Origin: Octopus sinensis
Taxonomy: Eukaryota
Length of the DNA stretch: 64,000 nucleotides
NCBI RefSeq assembly: GCF_006345805.1
Contig: NC_043024.1
Coordinates: forward strand, 20,026,001 to 20,090,000
Reading direction: 5' to 3'
Under the pieces are notes generated by a model. It did no database searches, was not told where the DNA came from, and saw nothing but the letters and a program-made list of their open reading frames with translations. Shown here piece after piece: positions 26,550 through 40,433 of this stretch. The translations under genes were made by a program, and so were the position numbers. The stretch's first letter is position 1. Each line of letters opens with the position of its first letter.

Positions 26550-27753
26550 TATAAATCTATAATCTAAGTTTCCATCAGTAGTCACTGGCATAAAGAAGCT
26601 AGAATGCATTCAAAGATAGAAATATTGCTAAGATAGAATTTAAAAACCAAAAACATGCAATGCCGTTTTACGTACTGTCCTGGTTTACAAAGAATTTTCA
26701 AAGAAACTTCAAATCTGCACTGAATATTCTCTAACTCTCCAAGAATTTTGAAAGCAAACTACCAATTCATTTATTTTGACATTTACGAATGAAATTCCTT
26801 CATAGAATTTAGAAGATAATAAGATGTGGCAGAATTATAAAACATTTCATTAGTTCTTAAACCTTTTACCGAATATAATTACGATGTTGCTTAGTTCTTT
26901 ATCATTCAATATCCAGAGATATTTTGACAACTAAACAGTACTGCATCCCAGAACTTTTCTGAAGGTATAATTATGTTAAATGTATCTACTTTAGAAAGTA
27001 TTATCAATATGACCGGAAGACAAATATGGTGTGCTATCAAATATGATAATAACCAAAGATATTATCGCATGACATATAAACGCCTTGTTAATGTGTTTGC
27101 CAATTTGTACAGAATGTTCACTATGACTACAGTAGCATCGAGAAATTTGCTGAGACTGTATAAAACCAATGAGAATATTAATACAGCGGTATACAGTTTA
27201 CAGAGTTTTTGTCAGAAGCATTGTAACCTAGTAATGATATGACGAATACTTTTATATTTGTGGTTAAGATAAATGCTTTGTATATTAGAGGCTGAATCAA
27301 AAGTTAAAAAGAGGGTTGTACCAAACTAAATAAATTTTATTTTAATATAAATTGATAGATTGATAGGATAAACAAGGAATTTTGTAATTGAAAATATTCT
27401 GTTATACTGCGACATATTTATATGCAAAGAGAAATGGAACATATAGCTACCAGTATTATAAGCATTGCTTTTTGTTAAATATCGAGTGAAACTAAGATGC
27501 AATATCCGTATATATATATATATGCGTATGTGTGTGCATATATATGTATATATATATAGATATTTATAATATATATATATATTATATTATATATATTACA
27601 TACAATAAACATATATAAAGTCTTACCATATTATTATATATATATATTATATATATATATATATATATATCTGCATATTACAGCTAAATTTACAGATAAA
27701 TTCTTCTATTTAGACAATATCGAAGTCTCTTTCATTCTTTTGTTGTCTTGCCA

Positions 27754-27799
<46 letters not shown>

Positions 27800-29276
27800 G
27801 GGGGTGCGTGTGTTTGTGTATAAAGGATTACCAAAAATGGAACAAGAAGGCAAAACCTCCAGATAGTTAGTTGATGCAAAATATGGACAACACAAGATCC
27901 AGGCAGACAATACGGAAAAACAAGGATGTATCATTCGGTGTTTTCTTTCTTCAGTCGATTTCCAGATTATCTTAGCAATTTCAGCTAGTTATACTCGAAA
28001 TTGCTTCAATCTGGCCAGCTTCGCTACCTAAAAAACAAATACTAAGCTAGGTGCACGAGATTCCTTGTAAGAAAGCAGCGAATGTATACGAAAACAAGGA
28101 CGGGAAAAACAGAGAAATGGTACACAAATACAAATGCAAATAAAGGAATAACAACAGGTATCTTTCGATTAAGGACGAATTTAGCTGGCGTGTGTGAAAT
28201 TGAAGCATTACGGGAGGGACATAAGAGATGACAGGCATAGGGAGGAATAGAGATGTTTCACGGTTGGTAGTCAAACCAAGAATTAAAGATCAGATATACA
28301 TACATATGTATGCTTGCACATGAGGACAGCCATATTTGCTAAATATTAATTAATAATTGTCATTTAAACTATGCAAGGGTTTGAAATGATGAACTGAAAA
28401 TGGTTATCCAGTAAGAATTTGAAAAAGAGATTTTCACGTCTGACTTAACGGGAAGCTCTACATTTTCCAATGCAGAGTATATATAAGAACATCAGTCAAC
28501 CACCATACCGAGAGATATCAAATGAAGACGCTGAAGAGATTCCATCGTTTTATAGTAGGGTTGCAATTGCAACCATTGCTAACCGGTGCAATTGAAACAT
28601 CTGTTGGTCTTAAAAGATAGAATATAATTATAGATTCATTTTCTTTTTGTGCCTTTTAATTTAACACTTATTTCTTATTTTTATTTTCCTAAAAATTTAG
28701 TTGCGTATTGCAACCTTTTCAATAGTCTTGACTCTTGTGAAGACTATTGTCAAGAGTCAAGACTATTGAAAATGTTGTAAGACGCATCAAAAATTTTAGG
28801 AGAATAAAAATAAGAAAGAAGTGGAAATTTTACCGGTGAGCGTGTTAAATTATGAGGCACAATAAGAAAATAACACTCTCCAGACAAAACAAAATATGCT
28901 TCAACACACGAACACATATAAAGAATCTTGTAAACCAAATCCCAAACTGAAGTATAATTATAGAATTAAAGATAAAGCAATTGCTACTTCGGAGTAATCC
29001 CTATTTTTAATATTGTCAATGTTCATACTCCAGAAAAAAGGTATATGGTTAACGAAATGTATTCAGAATTGTCTAACGGAATATTCTTCTCATTTCGTAT
29101 CGTATACGAACTTTATTCGATTTAGAAGTTAACTTTAGAATAACATAGTTTGAATAGCTAACTTAGATCAAGCTGGTATTCGTTGTGGGGGTAATCCCTT
29201 AAATTTTATCTACCTTCTAATCTACCATCTCACACACACAAACACACACATACACACACACACCGACACACATATA

Positions 29277-29503
29277 TGCCAGATGGCAGAAACGTTAGCG
29301 CGCCGGGCGAAGTGCTTAGCGGTATTTTGTCTATCGTTACGTTCTGAGTTCAAATTCCGCCGAGGTCGACTTTGCCTTTTATCCTCCCGGGGTCGATAAA
29401 TAAAGTACTAGTTTCGCACTGGGTCGATGTAATCGATTTAATCCCTTTGTCTGTCCTTGCTTGTCTCCTCTATGTTTAGCCCCTTGAGGGTAGTAAAGAA
29501 ATA
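29277..29503 (+). mobile_element. SINE family B
   Basis: Near full-length copy. Confidence 0.9.
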
Positions 29504-29684
29504 TATATGCCAGCCTTTCTAATTGTTGTTTCTCTTGTCCGCCTTGTATAGTCTACCAGACCGAATGTTTTATTGTACTCAATTGCGTTTTTGTTCCATT
29601 TACATATATATATATATATGCAAGCACAATGTAAGGGCCCACAACTTTGATTTTATGTATATTTGTGGCGGATACGAAATAGAT

Positions 29685-30062
29685 TATTATCATCATCATA
29701 ATCATCATCATCATCATCATTATAATCCTCAGCGTTCTCAACATCCTCCACTTCATAATTATAGTCATCACCATCACCATCATTCTCATCATCATCGTCA
29801 TCGTCGTCATCATCATCAGCAGCAGTAGCACAGCCATCGTCGTCATCATCGTCGTCATCATCATCTTCACGATGTTTATAATCATTATTATGAACATAAT
29901 CATCCAAAATTCTCATGAACATGGTGAATGTTATTCTTACGACAACAACAACAACAACTACTACTACTACTACTACAGCTAAAAATATTCTCAAAATTAC
30001 CATTATTATTATTGTCGTTGTGCTTGATATTATTATTGTTGTTGTAGATATTATTTATTCTT

Positions 30063-30102
<40 letters not shown>

Positions 30103-30179
30103 CCATCATTATCATCATCATCATCATCATCCTTATCATCATCATTATCATCACCATTATCATTTCATCATTATTATTA

Positions 30180-30218
<39 letters not shown>

Positions 30219-30226
30219 TATTATTA

Positions 30227-30261
<35 letters not shown>

Positions 30262-30285
30262 TATTATTATTATTATTATATTATT
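29685..30285. repeat. Compound (CAT)n/(ACA)n/(TTA)n low-complexity tract
   Basis: Direct inspection; source of the poly-His, poly-Asp and poly-Met ORFs. Confidence 0.9.
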
Positions 30286-30574
30286 GCCATTGTCATCGTT
30301 ATTAGAAATTATTAAATTCCTGTTTTATAAACTAAGGCAATTTCCGTGAGTTATTTCATAAAATGGTTGACCTTTTGGTGTTTGATGTGATAAATCTTAT
30401 TAGCACGGCAAAATTAATGGAAATGAGCAGTTTGCAAACTAAAAATTAAGAGAGAATTTATATTTTTAAATGAATTCACCGCATTTCACGAAAATATAGG
30501 CGAGTAGGTAGGTAGACATATAGACGTAAAAGTATATATATATATATATATATTTAAATATATATATATATTCA

Positions 30575-30606
<32 letters not shown>

Positions 30607-31300
30607 CATTATATATATATACATACATACATACATACTTACATACATACAGGTATAAGTACATACAGAAATCTGAAAGCGATAGATGTATATATAGATA
30701 GATAAAATGATTTATCGATTGAAATGTATGGATGTATATATGTATGAATATATTTCTACACACACACACACACAAACACATCATATATATATATATATCC
30801 TTATATGAGTATATATATGCACACATATTCCCACACGCACATAAGCACACACACACATATATACATACATAATATACATATATATATATATATATAATAT
30901 ATATCGAGATTGACATACAGAATGAGGGAGAGGATGAAAGAATTTGACACATAAATTATATAGAGTGATATGTGTAAGGGCTGAGTACAACGCGTCCGTG
31001 TATTTAGTGTGTGTTGAAATATATGAGGATACATTTTTGTTTTCATGGCGACAGATATAGCATTGTGAAAGGAATTGTGATTTTGCAATGACGCCATATT
31101 AATGTCAATATTCATTAAGATTATTTAAATACACACACACACACACACACACACATGCACACACAGAGGCGAACACACATGCACACATATACACACGCAT
31201 ATGTATGTGTCTGTATATGCATGTATGAATATATATGTACATAGATATATATATAGAGAGAGAGAGACAAATAAAGATAGATAGATAGATAGATAGATAC

Positions 31301-31362
<62 letters not shown>

Positions 31363-31470
31363 AATACAGACGTACATATATATGCATATCCATACTTATA
31401 TGTATCTCTGTGGATATGCATACGTAAATGGAAACATAAATTTCATATTTCTAATAGTACATAGCACTTC

Positions 31471-31525
<55 letters not shown>

Positions 31526-31544
31526 TACATATGTATATATATGT

Positions 31545-31576
<32 letters not shown>

Positions 31577-31637
31577 ATATATATATATATATGTATGTAT
31601 ATATATACATATATGTATTGATGCAGATAGATTGAAG

Positions 31638-31677
<40 letters not shown>

Positions 31678-32398
31678 AGATAGATAGATAGATGGATAGA
31701 TAGATAGATAGTTAGATAAATAGATGGATGGATGTAGATATAGTTATATAGATATATATGTATATATATATATATATGTAGGCATATATATATATATGTA
31801 TGTATGCAATTTCACACACACACATATATACATATAACTGTGTAGGTTTGTGTGTGTGTATGTGTTTGTGTCTGTGTCATGTGTATAAATATGCATATGT
31901 GCATAAGCATGTATATACACGAATGAATTGTATCTACGTACATATGTACTTACGTTTATACATAAATGAATAAATGTACGTATAGATATGTTTGTGAGTG
32001 TGCGTGCATCGAGACGCATATTTATATACATGGCGTGTGTTTGGTGCTTGTGTGTATACGTCCGCTCACATATTCATACACATATATGTTGTTATGTGTG
32101 TATGTGTGTGTGTTTGTGTGTGTGTGTATGTGTGTGAATTTAACAAGTCGAATAGCAATATTTCTCCAAAATAAATCAGCAATAGTGAAACTATTTTCCA
32201 CCTTACCAATATACAGACTGCGTAAGGTATTTGAGGACAGATTTATAGTAATAAAAAGAAAACAGACATATAATAACAGATAATAACATTATGAAAAAAT
32301 TCTATGAGGATAAAAATAAACCTTTTCTCTACTGGTGTTTAATAAAGTCACCTTCAGCTTCAACAACTACTGCTCTACGAGATCTAAATCATCTACAT

Positions 32399-32599
32399 CA
32401 GTGGTTTTCAACCAGGGTTCCGCCACTACAGTCCAGGGGTTCTGCAAGAAGTTACAAAACTGATAAAATCGGCAGTAATTTTTAATTCTCCTGTGCAGAT
32501 ATGTGTGCATAAGATTATTAAATTATTGCACAGGTGTTCCTCGAGCCAGTGGAGTGTTTCCTTGGGGCTCTGCTCCAGCAAAAAGTTTGAAAAGCACTG
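32399..32599. mobile_element. hAT (Charlie-like) MITE, 201 bp
   Basis: TIRs CAGTGGTTTTCAACC and GTTTGAAAAGCACTG; perfect 8-bp TSD ATCTACAT at 32391-32398 and 32600-32607. Confidence 0.92.
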
Positions 32600-32697
32600 A
32601 TCTACATGCTCGAATCAAATTGGCCCTGCTTCTTTTTTGGACATTACTCTTACTATGGCAATTTTCAAAGAATCTTTGGTGTTATGGCCTTGTTCAT

Positions 32698-32737
<40 letters not shown>

Positions 32738-33494
32738 ATTGCTCCATATGTAAAAGCCCAACGGAATGAGATCTAGGAAATTAGGGTTACGTGATCATGA
32801 AAAGTTTCAGCCATCCATTCCTGTGTTACTAGAGCCATGTGTGTTACTGCAGTGTCTTACTGAAACGCATACGGCCTTCCATTGCATACACTGTCTATCC
32901 AGGGCTTAACAATTATTTCCAGGACCTTAATGTAGGTAGCAAAGTTAACTCTAAGGCATTCTGGAAAGAGGTAACTGCTGGATTTTCCAGGATTTTTTGG
33001 GGTTTTTTTTTGCTTTTTCGGACAAATTGTCTTTCCTTCATAATACTAAACTTGCTGGTGCGTGCAAAGATTTGTCTTCGACTATCAAACAGCCATCTCC
33101 GACGAAAGGTAGCAAGTATTGGAGAATAACATCTAGGATATAATTGATAAAAATTTTGTATCCTTATAGTAAATCCAAAGAAAAGTTACAATATATCAGA
33201 AATAATTCTAACTATTCTTCTAAAAGCACAAAAAAAATTCGTTCTCAATATTAGTAAAAATAGAAATTGAAATCAAGTTGATCATGTCTCCATTGTTTAT
33301 TATTATACTCAATAGTATAATAAAGCATTGCGTAATAAAACATTCAGTGACAAAATGGAAGAGGTTACATAAGATGGAAAACTATGTGAAAGGTATACTG
33401 TAACGTACCATTATGAGACAATCTATCTTGAATTCTTGCACCATGACCACCACGAAGACTACTACCTATTGGAAATATAATTAATTTTAATTAA

Positions 33495-33650
33495 ATCCTA
33501 TATTTAAGAGATGAGGAATTATGCACATCATTTACATTTGACGGATATTTTTTCCTCAACTTGTTTGTTGTTATACACCCTCCAACCTTCATCAGTTGTC
33601 TTGGGGTATTTTCGAACCTGGGTTTGCATTCCTAAGTTATTTTCGATGTT
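33495..33650 (-). mobile_element. Hammerhead-bearing tail, family P3 (copy 1, GAAAC segment deleted)
   Basis: Reverse-complement match to 34658-34810; CTGATGA at 33595-33589. Confidence 0.6.
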
Positions 33651-33677
33651 ACTATTATTTTTATTATTATTATCATT

Positions 33678-34197
33678 GAGTGAGAGAGCAGTTCATGCCA
33701 TCAAAGTGACACTGGGGTAAAATATACGAAGCCCAATATACCCATCATGACTACCCGTCTGATAAAGGTACACCAGGCACATGCATCACAACCATATGTG
33801 CGCGCGACATGGTGATCTCAATATCAAGAATAAACAGCACATGAACTTGCAGGTGGGGCCCAGTTAGAATTTTCTTCATTTTGAGTAGCCCATCTGCTCA
33901 AACGGTCCCTGAATAAGGGTTGTTAAGGATGTTGAAAGAAACCACCCATGTTTCCAGAGGTGAACTATTCAAAACCCCAAAGAATCCCTCTCAACACATG
34001 GCTATGATGCTCCCCCCACTACTTCTGCTCGTGATCAGAGATGACATATCGTCAGCCACTAAGGACATGCTCAATGGTTAAGGTCAAACAACTGACAAGC
34101 AAATCTGGTATTGAGCAGATATTTGCTGTAGCCCATCTTTTATACCAAGACAAAACAATGTACATGATAACATTCCAATCAGTTAAGATCAGAAGCC
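33678..34197. repeat. Unclassified ~520-bp insert flanked by (TTA)n on both sides
   Basis: Abrupt GC-richer block inside a TTA tract; no TIR or ORF recognised. Confidence 0.45.
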
Positions 34198-34208
34198 TAT
34201 TATTATTA

Positions 34209-34260
<52 letters not shown>

Positions 34261-34362
34261 TGTTGTTGTTGTTTTTTGTTATTCTTATTATATTATTATT
34301 ATTATTATTAATATTATATTATATTATTATTTTATTATTAGTATATTAATATTATTGTTATT

Positions 34363-34434
34363 CAGGTCAATGCTTGGAATCGAACTCGGAATTTTGGGGT
34401 TAGTAGACCGCGCTCTTAAGCTCTACGCCATATG
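34363..34434 (-). mobile_element. tRNA-like Pol III head running directly into (TAA)n
   Basis: TGGCGTAGAG A-box-like and GAGTTCGATTCC B-box; no full cloverleaf. Confidence 0.7.
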
Positions 34435-34472
34435 ATGATGATTTTGATGATGATGATGATGATGATGATAAA

Positions 34473-34506
<34 letters not shown>

Positions 34507-34562
34507 TGTGTTGATGATGATGAGTGATGATGATGATGACGATAATTATAATAATAATAATG

Positions 34563-34633
<71 letters not shown>

Positions 34634-34657
34634 TATTTATTATAATAATAATAATAA

Positions 34658-34810
34658 TATCAGAAAATACCTTAGTAATAGTAACCCAGGTTCGAAATTT
34701 CCTCAAGACACCCGATGAAGGCTGGAGGGCATATCAGCCAAAACGTTGCCTTAACAACAAACAAGATGCGGAGAAAATTATATGTGAAATGTAAATAATG
34801 TAAATAATTT
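34658..34810 (+). mobile_element. Hammerhead-bearing tail, family P3 (copy 2)
   Basis: CCGATGA-a-GGCTG(10 nt)CAGCC-AAAAC-GTT at 34712-34747; preceded by (TAA)n; ends in (TGTAAATAA)x2. Confidence 0.6.
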
Positions 34811-35780
34811 TAATTGTCTTTATTTTTTCTCATGGCATGAAGGAGTGATCAATGAAACTTTACAACATATCAAGAATTCTAACTAACCTCCGAAACTATT
34901 TAAACATCGTGTGTAATATTGATATTAGGAATCATATTTCTTCTAATCAAACTGATGAGCTCTCTTCATCCAATGCACTCGCTATTTTAATGAAACATCG
35001 CATAATAAAACATTTAGAGGCAACAATGAAGAGTTCCCATAAAGATAGATAACTGCGTGACGATTTATTCTAAGCTTCCAAGCAAAAATCGAGCCTTCCC
35101 TTTTCCTTGCTTGCACCCGGGCTATCAGTACTATTACTCATCGGATATTCAACTTAATTTTTAATAAACTACTTTCTTTAATTCTCACAACACTTATTAA
35201 ATATTAAATCTAATTATTGTACCTTCCAGTAAGGTTATAATTTAGATTAATTAACGAACTTATTTTCCTCATTATAAATATGCATTATTAGAATTTATAT
35301 ATCAGAAACCAATACCCAGCCATTTTGTGAGGTATATATAATGGATGATATGCGTATGTACGAAGTAAAACCTGTTTGAATTTCAGCATACGAAATGTGT
35401 AGATTATATATCACATGACAAAAAAGACACGTATATGTAACATTCATTCATACACAGTAATACATACACGGACAAGTATGTGTGTCTGAATACGTACCAG
35501 TTGTATGCATATGAATATACTTCCACGTGTAATTTCAATAATGGTATAATGTACATAATAAGCTCTGACAGAGAGAAAGCGGCGGGTGCACTTCTCTTGT
35601 TCATTGTAAAATTGAAATGTACGCACACCCCTATACACACATACATATACATACACACAAAAACACACACAGACATATATATATATACCTGTATATCTAA
35701 ACCTGGGTATCTATATAAATCTGTAGCTGTAAAAGTGTGTGTGTATATATATATATTATATATTATATATATATATAAAA

Positions 35781-35978
35781 GGGAAAGTTTACGAAAAAAA
35801 CAAAAGACGAAAGCAGGTGGAGCACAAAACAAACAATGTATTAATATAGCGCTCAGGAATAGAAAAGTATTTTACGTTTCGAGCCTATGCTCCTCTACAG
35901 AGGGGACACAGAAAAGCAAGGAGAGAAACAAGAAGAGGAAAAAATGTGTGTGTAGGGCTCTAACGATCTATCATGGCG
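35781..35978 (-). mobile_element. Family P1 element
   Basis: CTGTAGA core at 35900-35894; TA tracts on both sides. Confidence 0.6.
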
Positions 35979-36028
35979 ATATATATATATGATATAATAT
36001 ATATATATATAATATATATATAAATATA

Positions 36029-36196
36029 AACAGGTGTGTTTACAAAACAAAACGATGTATTAGTATAAAGCTCAGGAATAGAAAAAGTCTTTTACGTTTC
36101 GAGCCTATGCTCCTCTACAGAAGGGGACACAGAAAAGCAAGGAGAGAAACAAGGAGAGAAAAAAATGCGTGTAGGAGCTAACGATCTATCATGGCG
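36029..36196 (-). mobile_element. Family P1 element, tandem with the previous copy
   Basis: CTGTAGA core at 36120-36114. Confidence 0.6.
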
Positions 36197-37166
36197 TCCT
36201 GATATATATATATATGTATGTATCTATGAAATGAATATGTGTATATAACATGAATATCCTATGTGTATGGCATATTCCCGTATTTAAATACATGTATTCA
36301 AATGTGTTTATATACACGTTTTTATGTATATATATAGAGAGATAGATAGACACGTATATAAATATATATATATACATATAATTTATATGTACATATATAT
36401 ATATACTTAAATGTACATACTTACATATATATGTATATACACATGTATATATGGGTACAGGACGTCAAAACACGTAAACAACATGAAAAAGGGTAAGCTT
36501 TTTGACGTCCTGTGCCCACATGTGATGTGTATATACATATATATGTACATGTATGTATATATGCTATATATATATATAATATATATATATATATTAATAT
36601 ATATATGATTATTTACTTTATTATATGATTGATCGCCAGCATCCATCCCGAAGTAAGTTTTACTATATATATATATATATATATAATATATATATTAACT
36701 TTTATATATATTGTATGTAGAGTCACACTCATTGCAAACAAACAACCAGGTACGCCTCCATGCATGTTTACATGCATCCGATGTTGATGGCGGTAAAAGG
36801 GTTGATAAAACCAGATGTGGGAATAAAGACAATTAGACGCACTTAATATGACCTAATATCATCACTCAACTGAATTAAATTCTGCCGCTAGATGTCGCCA
36901 TCGAATGAATCTAACGCAGTCACTTCTGACTGATTGGCAAAAAATCGATTGTATAATTGTTCTAATAGCCATGCCCTCCATTCGATGTATTGGCTCCGTC
37001 GCTGTATATTTCTACTCCCCACTATCACCGCTTGCTTTCTAACCCTATAGCTACATGTCAGCGGTAAGGGAACTTCATACTTCGAGATTCAGCCTTGCGC
37101 CTTGCATTATGTGGATATGTGTATAGATATATCAGGTTTAAATAACCACATACTACATACATACAT

Positions 37167-37206
<40 letters not shown>

Positions 37207-38029
37207 TCTTATAAGCAAGGGCTAAAGAAGGTTTTCTAAAGCCAATATACCGAAATCCACGTTTAATCTACTTGCTACAGAAAGTTGAACTGAATTCGGG
37301 CAACTATACCTTTGGAACATTAAATTTCGTTATCTCAATATTGAATCAATTTCGGAAGAATTAACCCCATAAGGGTTCGTTCGTCTTCAGTTAAGCTTAC
37401 AAGAGAATATAAGTGAGATACTCACACGTGCCCCTGGAAAACAGCGGAAGCGAATAACACAAGCACATCTGAGTAACCCCGTTATATCCAAAAATAAAAG
37501 TTCTTAGGTTAAGTCTCAGAACAACCTGTTGACTTGCCGCCGCTACATATTGTAGTGGTTACAAGTCCCCCTGCAGCAAGCAGTAATTGGTTTACTACTA
37601 TTAAAAGGGATGTAGCCTTTTTCTCTACAGAAAAAAACTCCATCAGGAATTGTGGCAGTATATTAAAAGAACCTTTACGGTTAAAAATATGTATGTATAT
37701 ATATATTCTTTTATTCATATACTACTTTCAGCCACTGGACTCAGGCCATCTTGGTTCACAATCCTTTAGTTGAAGAAATCGAACCCTGCACTTATTCTTT
37801 GTAAGCCTGGTACTTATTCTATAGGTCACTTGCCGAACCGCTAAGTTAAGGTGATATAAACGCACGAAGCATATGTACATATTATATACGATGGGCTGCT
37901 TTCAGTTTCCTTCTACCTCAAGTCTTTATTCATCCCGAAGCTTTAGTAAACGACACTCACCCAAGGTACCACGCAAAGAAACTGGAGCTATATATATATA
38001 TATATTACCGTATATATATATATATATAT

Positions 38030-38255
38030 TATTTCTTTACTACCCACAAGGGGCTAAACACAGAGGGGCAAACAAGGACAGACAAACGGATTAAGTCGAT
38101 TACATCGACCCCAGTGGGTAACTGGTACTTATTTAATCGACCCCGAAAGGATGAAAGGCAAAGTCGACCTCGGTGGAATTTGAACTCAGGACGTAACGGC
38201 AGACGAAATACGGCTACGCATTTCGCCTGGCGTGCTAACGTTTCTGCCGCTCGCC
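38030..38255 (-). mobile_element. SINE family B
   Basis: Near full-length copy. Confidence 0.9.
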
Positions 38256-38729
38256 ATATATACATATATACCCCTATATATATATTATTGATTTATTTGT
38301 TTTAATCAAGTAACTGCAACCATGCTGGATCATCGTCTTGAAAGGTTTTAAGCCAACAAATCGAACCCAGGACTTAATTTTTAAAGCCCAGCGCTTATCC
38401 TACTAGTGTATTTTTCCAAACCGCTAAGTTACGTGGACGTAAACACATTACAGGTTTTGAAACGGTTTTGGAGGGACTTATATAAACACAAAACCACTTG
38501 CACACACACACACATATGTGTATATATATAAGTTCAGTAAAATTTGGATTCAGATGAATATGGTAATTAAGTTAAATGCACCAGAATATTGTATGGTATT
38601 ATCCATATAAATCAAATGGGGTGATTATAATCAAAATAAGCCACAAGGATATCCAAGGTAGAATAGTACAATTGTTTCATGCTACTTCATTTTATTAAAC
38701 ACTGTAAGTATTACACCAATTTTAAAATG

Positions 38730-38925
38730 TCGAGCAATCTTCAGCCACTTATAGAATTTTCTAATTAAACAGACAATGCACTACTACTATCATGTTCTTA
38801 AGAATGAAATCAACCTCTCTGTCTATATATCTACCCTCTTTATAATGTTGGCAAATGAAATAGGGATAAGAATGTGCATTGTCCGTTTAGTTGGAAAATT
38901 CTATATGTGGCTGAAGATTGCTCGA
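38730..38925. mobile_element. 196-bp foldback element with 52-bp inverted arms
   Basis: 38730-38781 vs 38874-38925, 4 mismatches; no TSD seen. Confidence 0.7.
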
Positions 38926-38974
38926 TAGCTAGTTCATAGGGTTAACCAGGGTTTTGCGTACGTCTTGTCAGACT

Positions 38975-39019
<45 letters not shown>

Positions 39020-39023
39020 ATTA

Positions 39024-39405
39024 TACTAGCAGTATCGCCCGGCGTTGCTCGGGTTTGTAAGGGAAATAACTATATAAGCATTTTTAGAGATGTAAAGTAT
39101 AATAGCCATCTCAATATGGCTAACCACAAAGGGGGTGTTACTGTAGCTTTTTACGTTCTGAGATTTAATAATACATTTTTAGAGAGTTACTTCCCTCATA
39201 TAATAGCCAAAAAATGGGAAAAAAATGATTGTAATTTTGTTTTAATCGTAGACTCATCGTAGACGCGCGCTAATACCCAGAAGGGCTCGATATGAATCAC
39301 GACTATAAGATACCCGCTTTTGGTTACACTGCACCGCAAAATGTGGGAGTAGTTAGGAATCTAAATCGTAGGAGACAGACACACACTTCACTTTTATATA
39401 TAAAG

Positions 39406-39407
<2 letters not shown>
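39024..39407 (+). mobile_element. Non-autonomous Helitron/HINE (DINE-1-like) element
   Basis: TACTAGC start, sub-terminal CCCGGCGTTGCTCGGG hairpin, ACAG/AC tract near the 3' end, inserted in (TA)n; class assigned from recalled architecture. Confidence 0.55.
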
Positions 39408-39450
<43 letters not shown>

Positions 39451-40164
39451 CTATGGTATGTGTGTGTGCTTAGGTTGAGTGTACGTGGGGGGCCCGATTT
39501 CTCTCCTGTTTCAATCTCGAACGGTTGATTCAGTAAATGACCTAGCTAAAGATTTCTGAGCAAGATGTGAAGCCGTGGGATCGAAACACCAAACGCTACG
39601 TCGAAATTCCTACAAACACCAACTTGCTACGCGTCGCCTAAGAAAACACGGTTACGTAGGCAACGAATCTTTCATAGCTGCGAATTTATCGCTGTGAGGA
39701 CATAAGAGTGCAGATACCATATAAATGCTAAGTTAAGTACAAATCTGTCAATTTACTGCAACAGTTCCGACGACCAAGATATATAACATGCGTAAAATTT
39801 CTAAAATATGAGCCGAGAGCTATATAGGAATAAGTATCAGATATCATTATTAATGTTTTTTTTTTTATCATATAAGGAAAACCTATTTTTATAGGTCAGC
39901 TTATATTCTACATACATAACAAGAAATCATTTCTGTCACCTGTCATAATTCTAATTAATCCGAGAAAACATCATAAATTTGCCGTTTTTTTAAGTCTTCA
40001 TTAATAGCTTTGGTATCACGTGACGTTATGTAAATACATAAAATTTGCTATGGCACTATTTTCTATACTTGAACTAAATCTGCATCGGCAAAAACATTCA
40101 CTCCAGTCAGACATTTTCTGTCAATCTTTTTTCAACCTGTGTACAAGGCACCGCCTTGAAGTTG

Positions 40165-40401
40165 TTACTCTTTTTTTATTCTTTTAATTGTTTCTGTCAT
40201 TTGACTGCGTCCATGCTGGAGCACCGCTTTTCTTCGAGCAAATCGACCCCAGGACTTATTCTTGGTAAGCCTAGTACTTATTCTATCGGCCTCTTTTGCC
40301 GAACCGCTAAGTTACGGGGACGTAAGCATACCAGCATCGGTTGTCAAGCGATGTTCGGGCGACAAACACAGACACGCAAACACACACACATACACACATA
40401 A

Positions 40402-40433
<32 letters not shown>

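Noticed and set aside
34363-34434. Functional tRNA gene (also SINE A and B heads)
   Set aside because: A/B boxes are present but no complete cloverleaf can be drawn.
37426-37690. Minus-strand exon candidate CACVIRFRCFPGAR and plus-strand LWQYIK (SWIB-like) peptide
   Set aside because: Weak splice context; short matches without surrounding domain.
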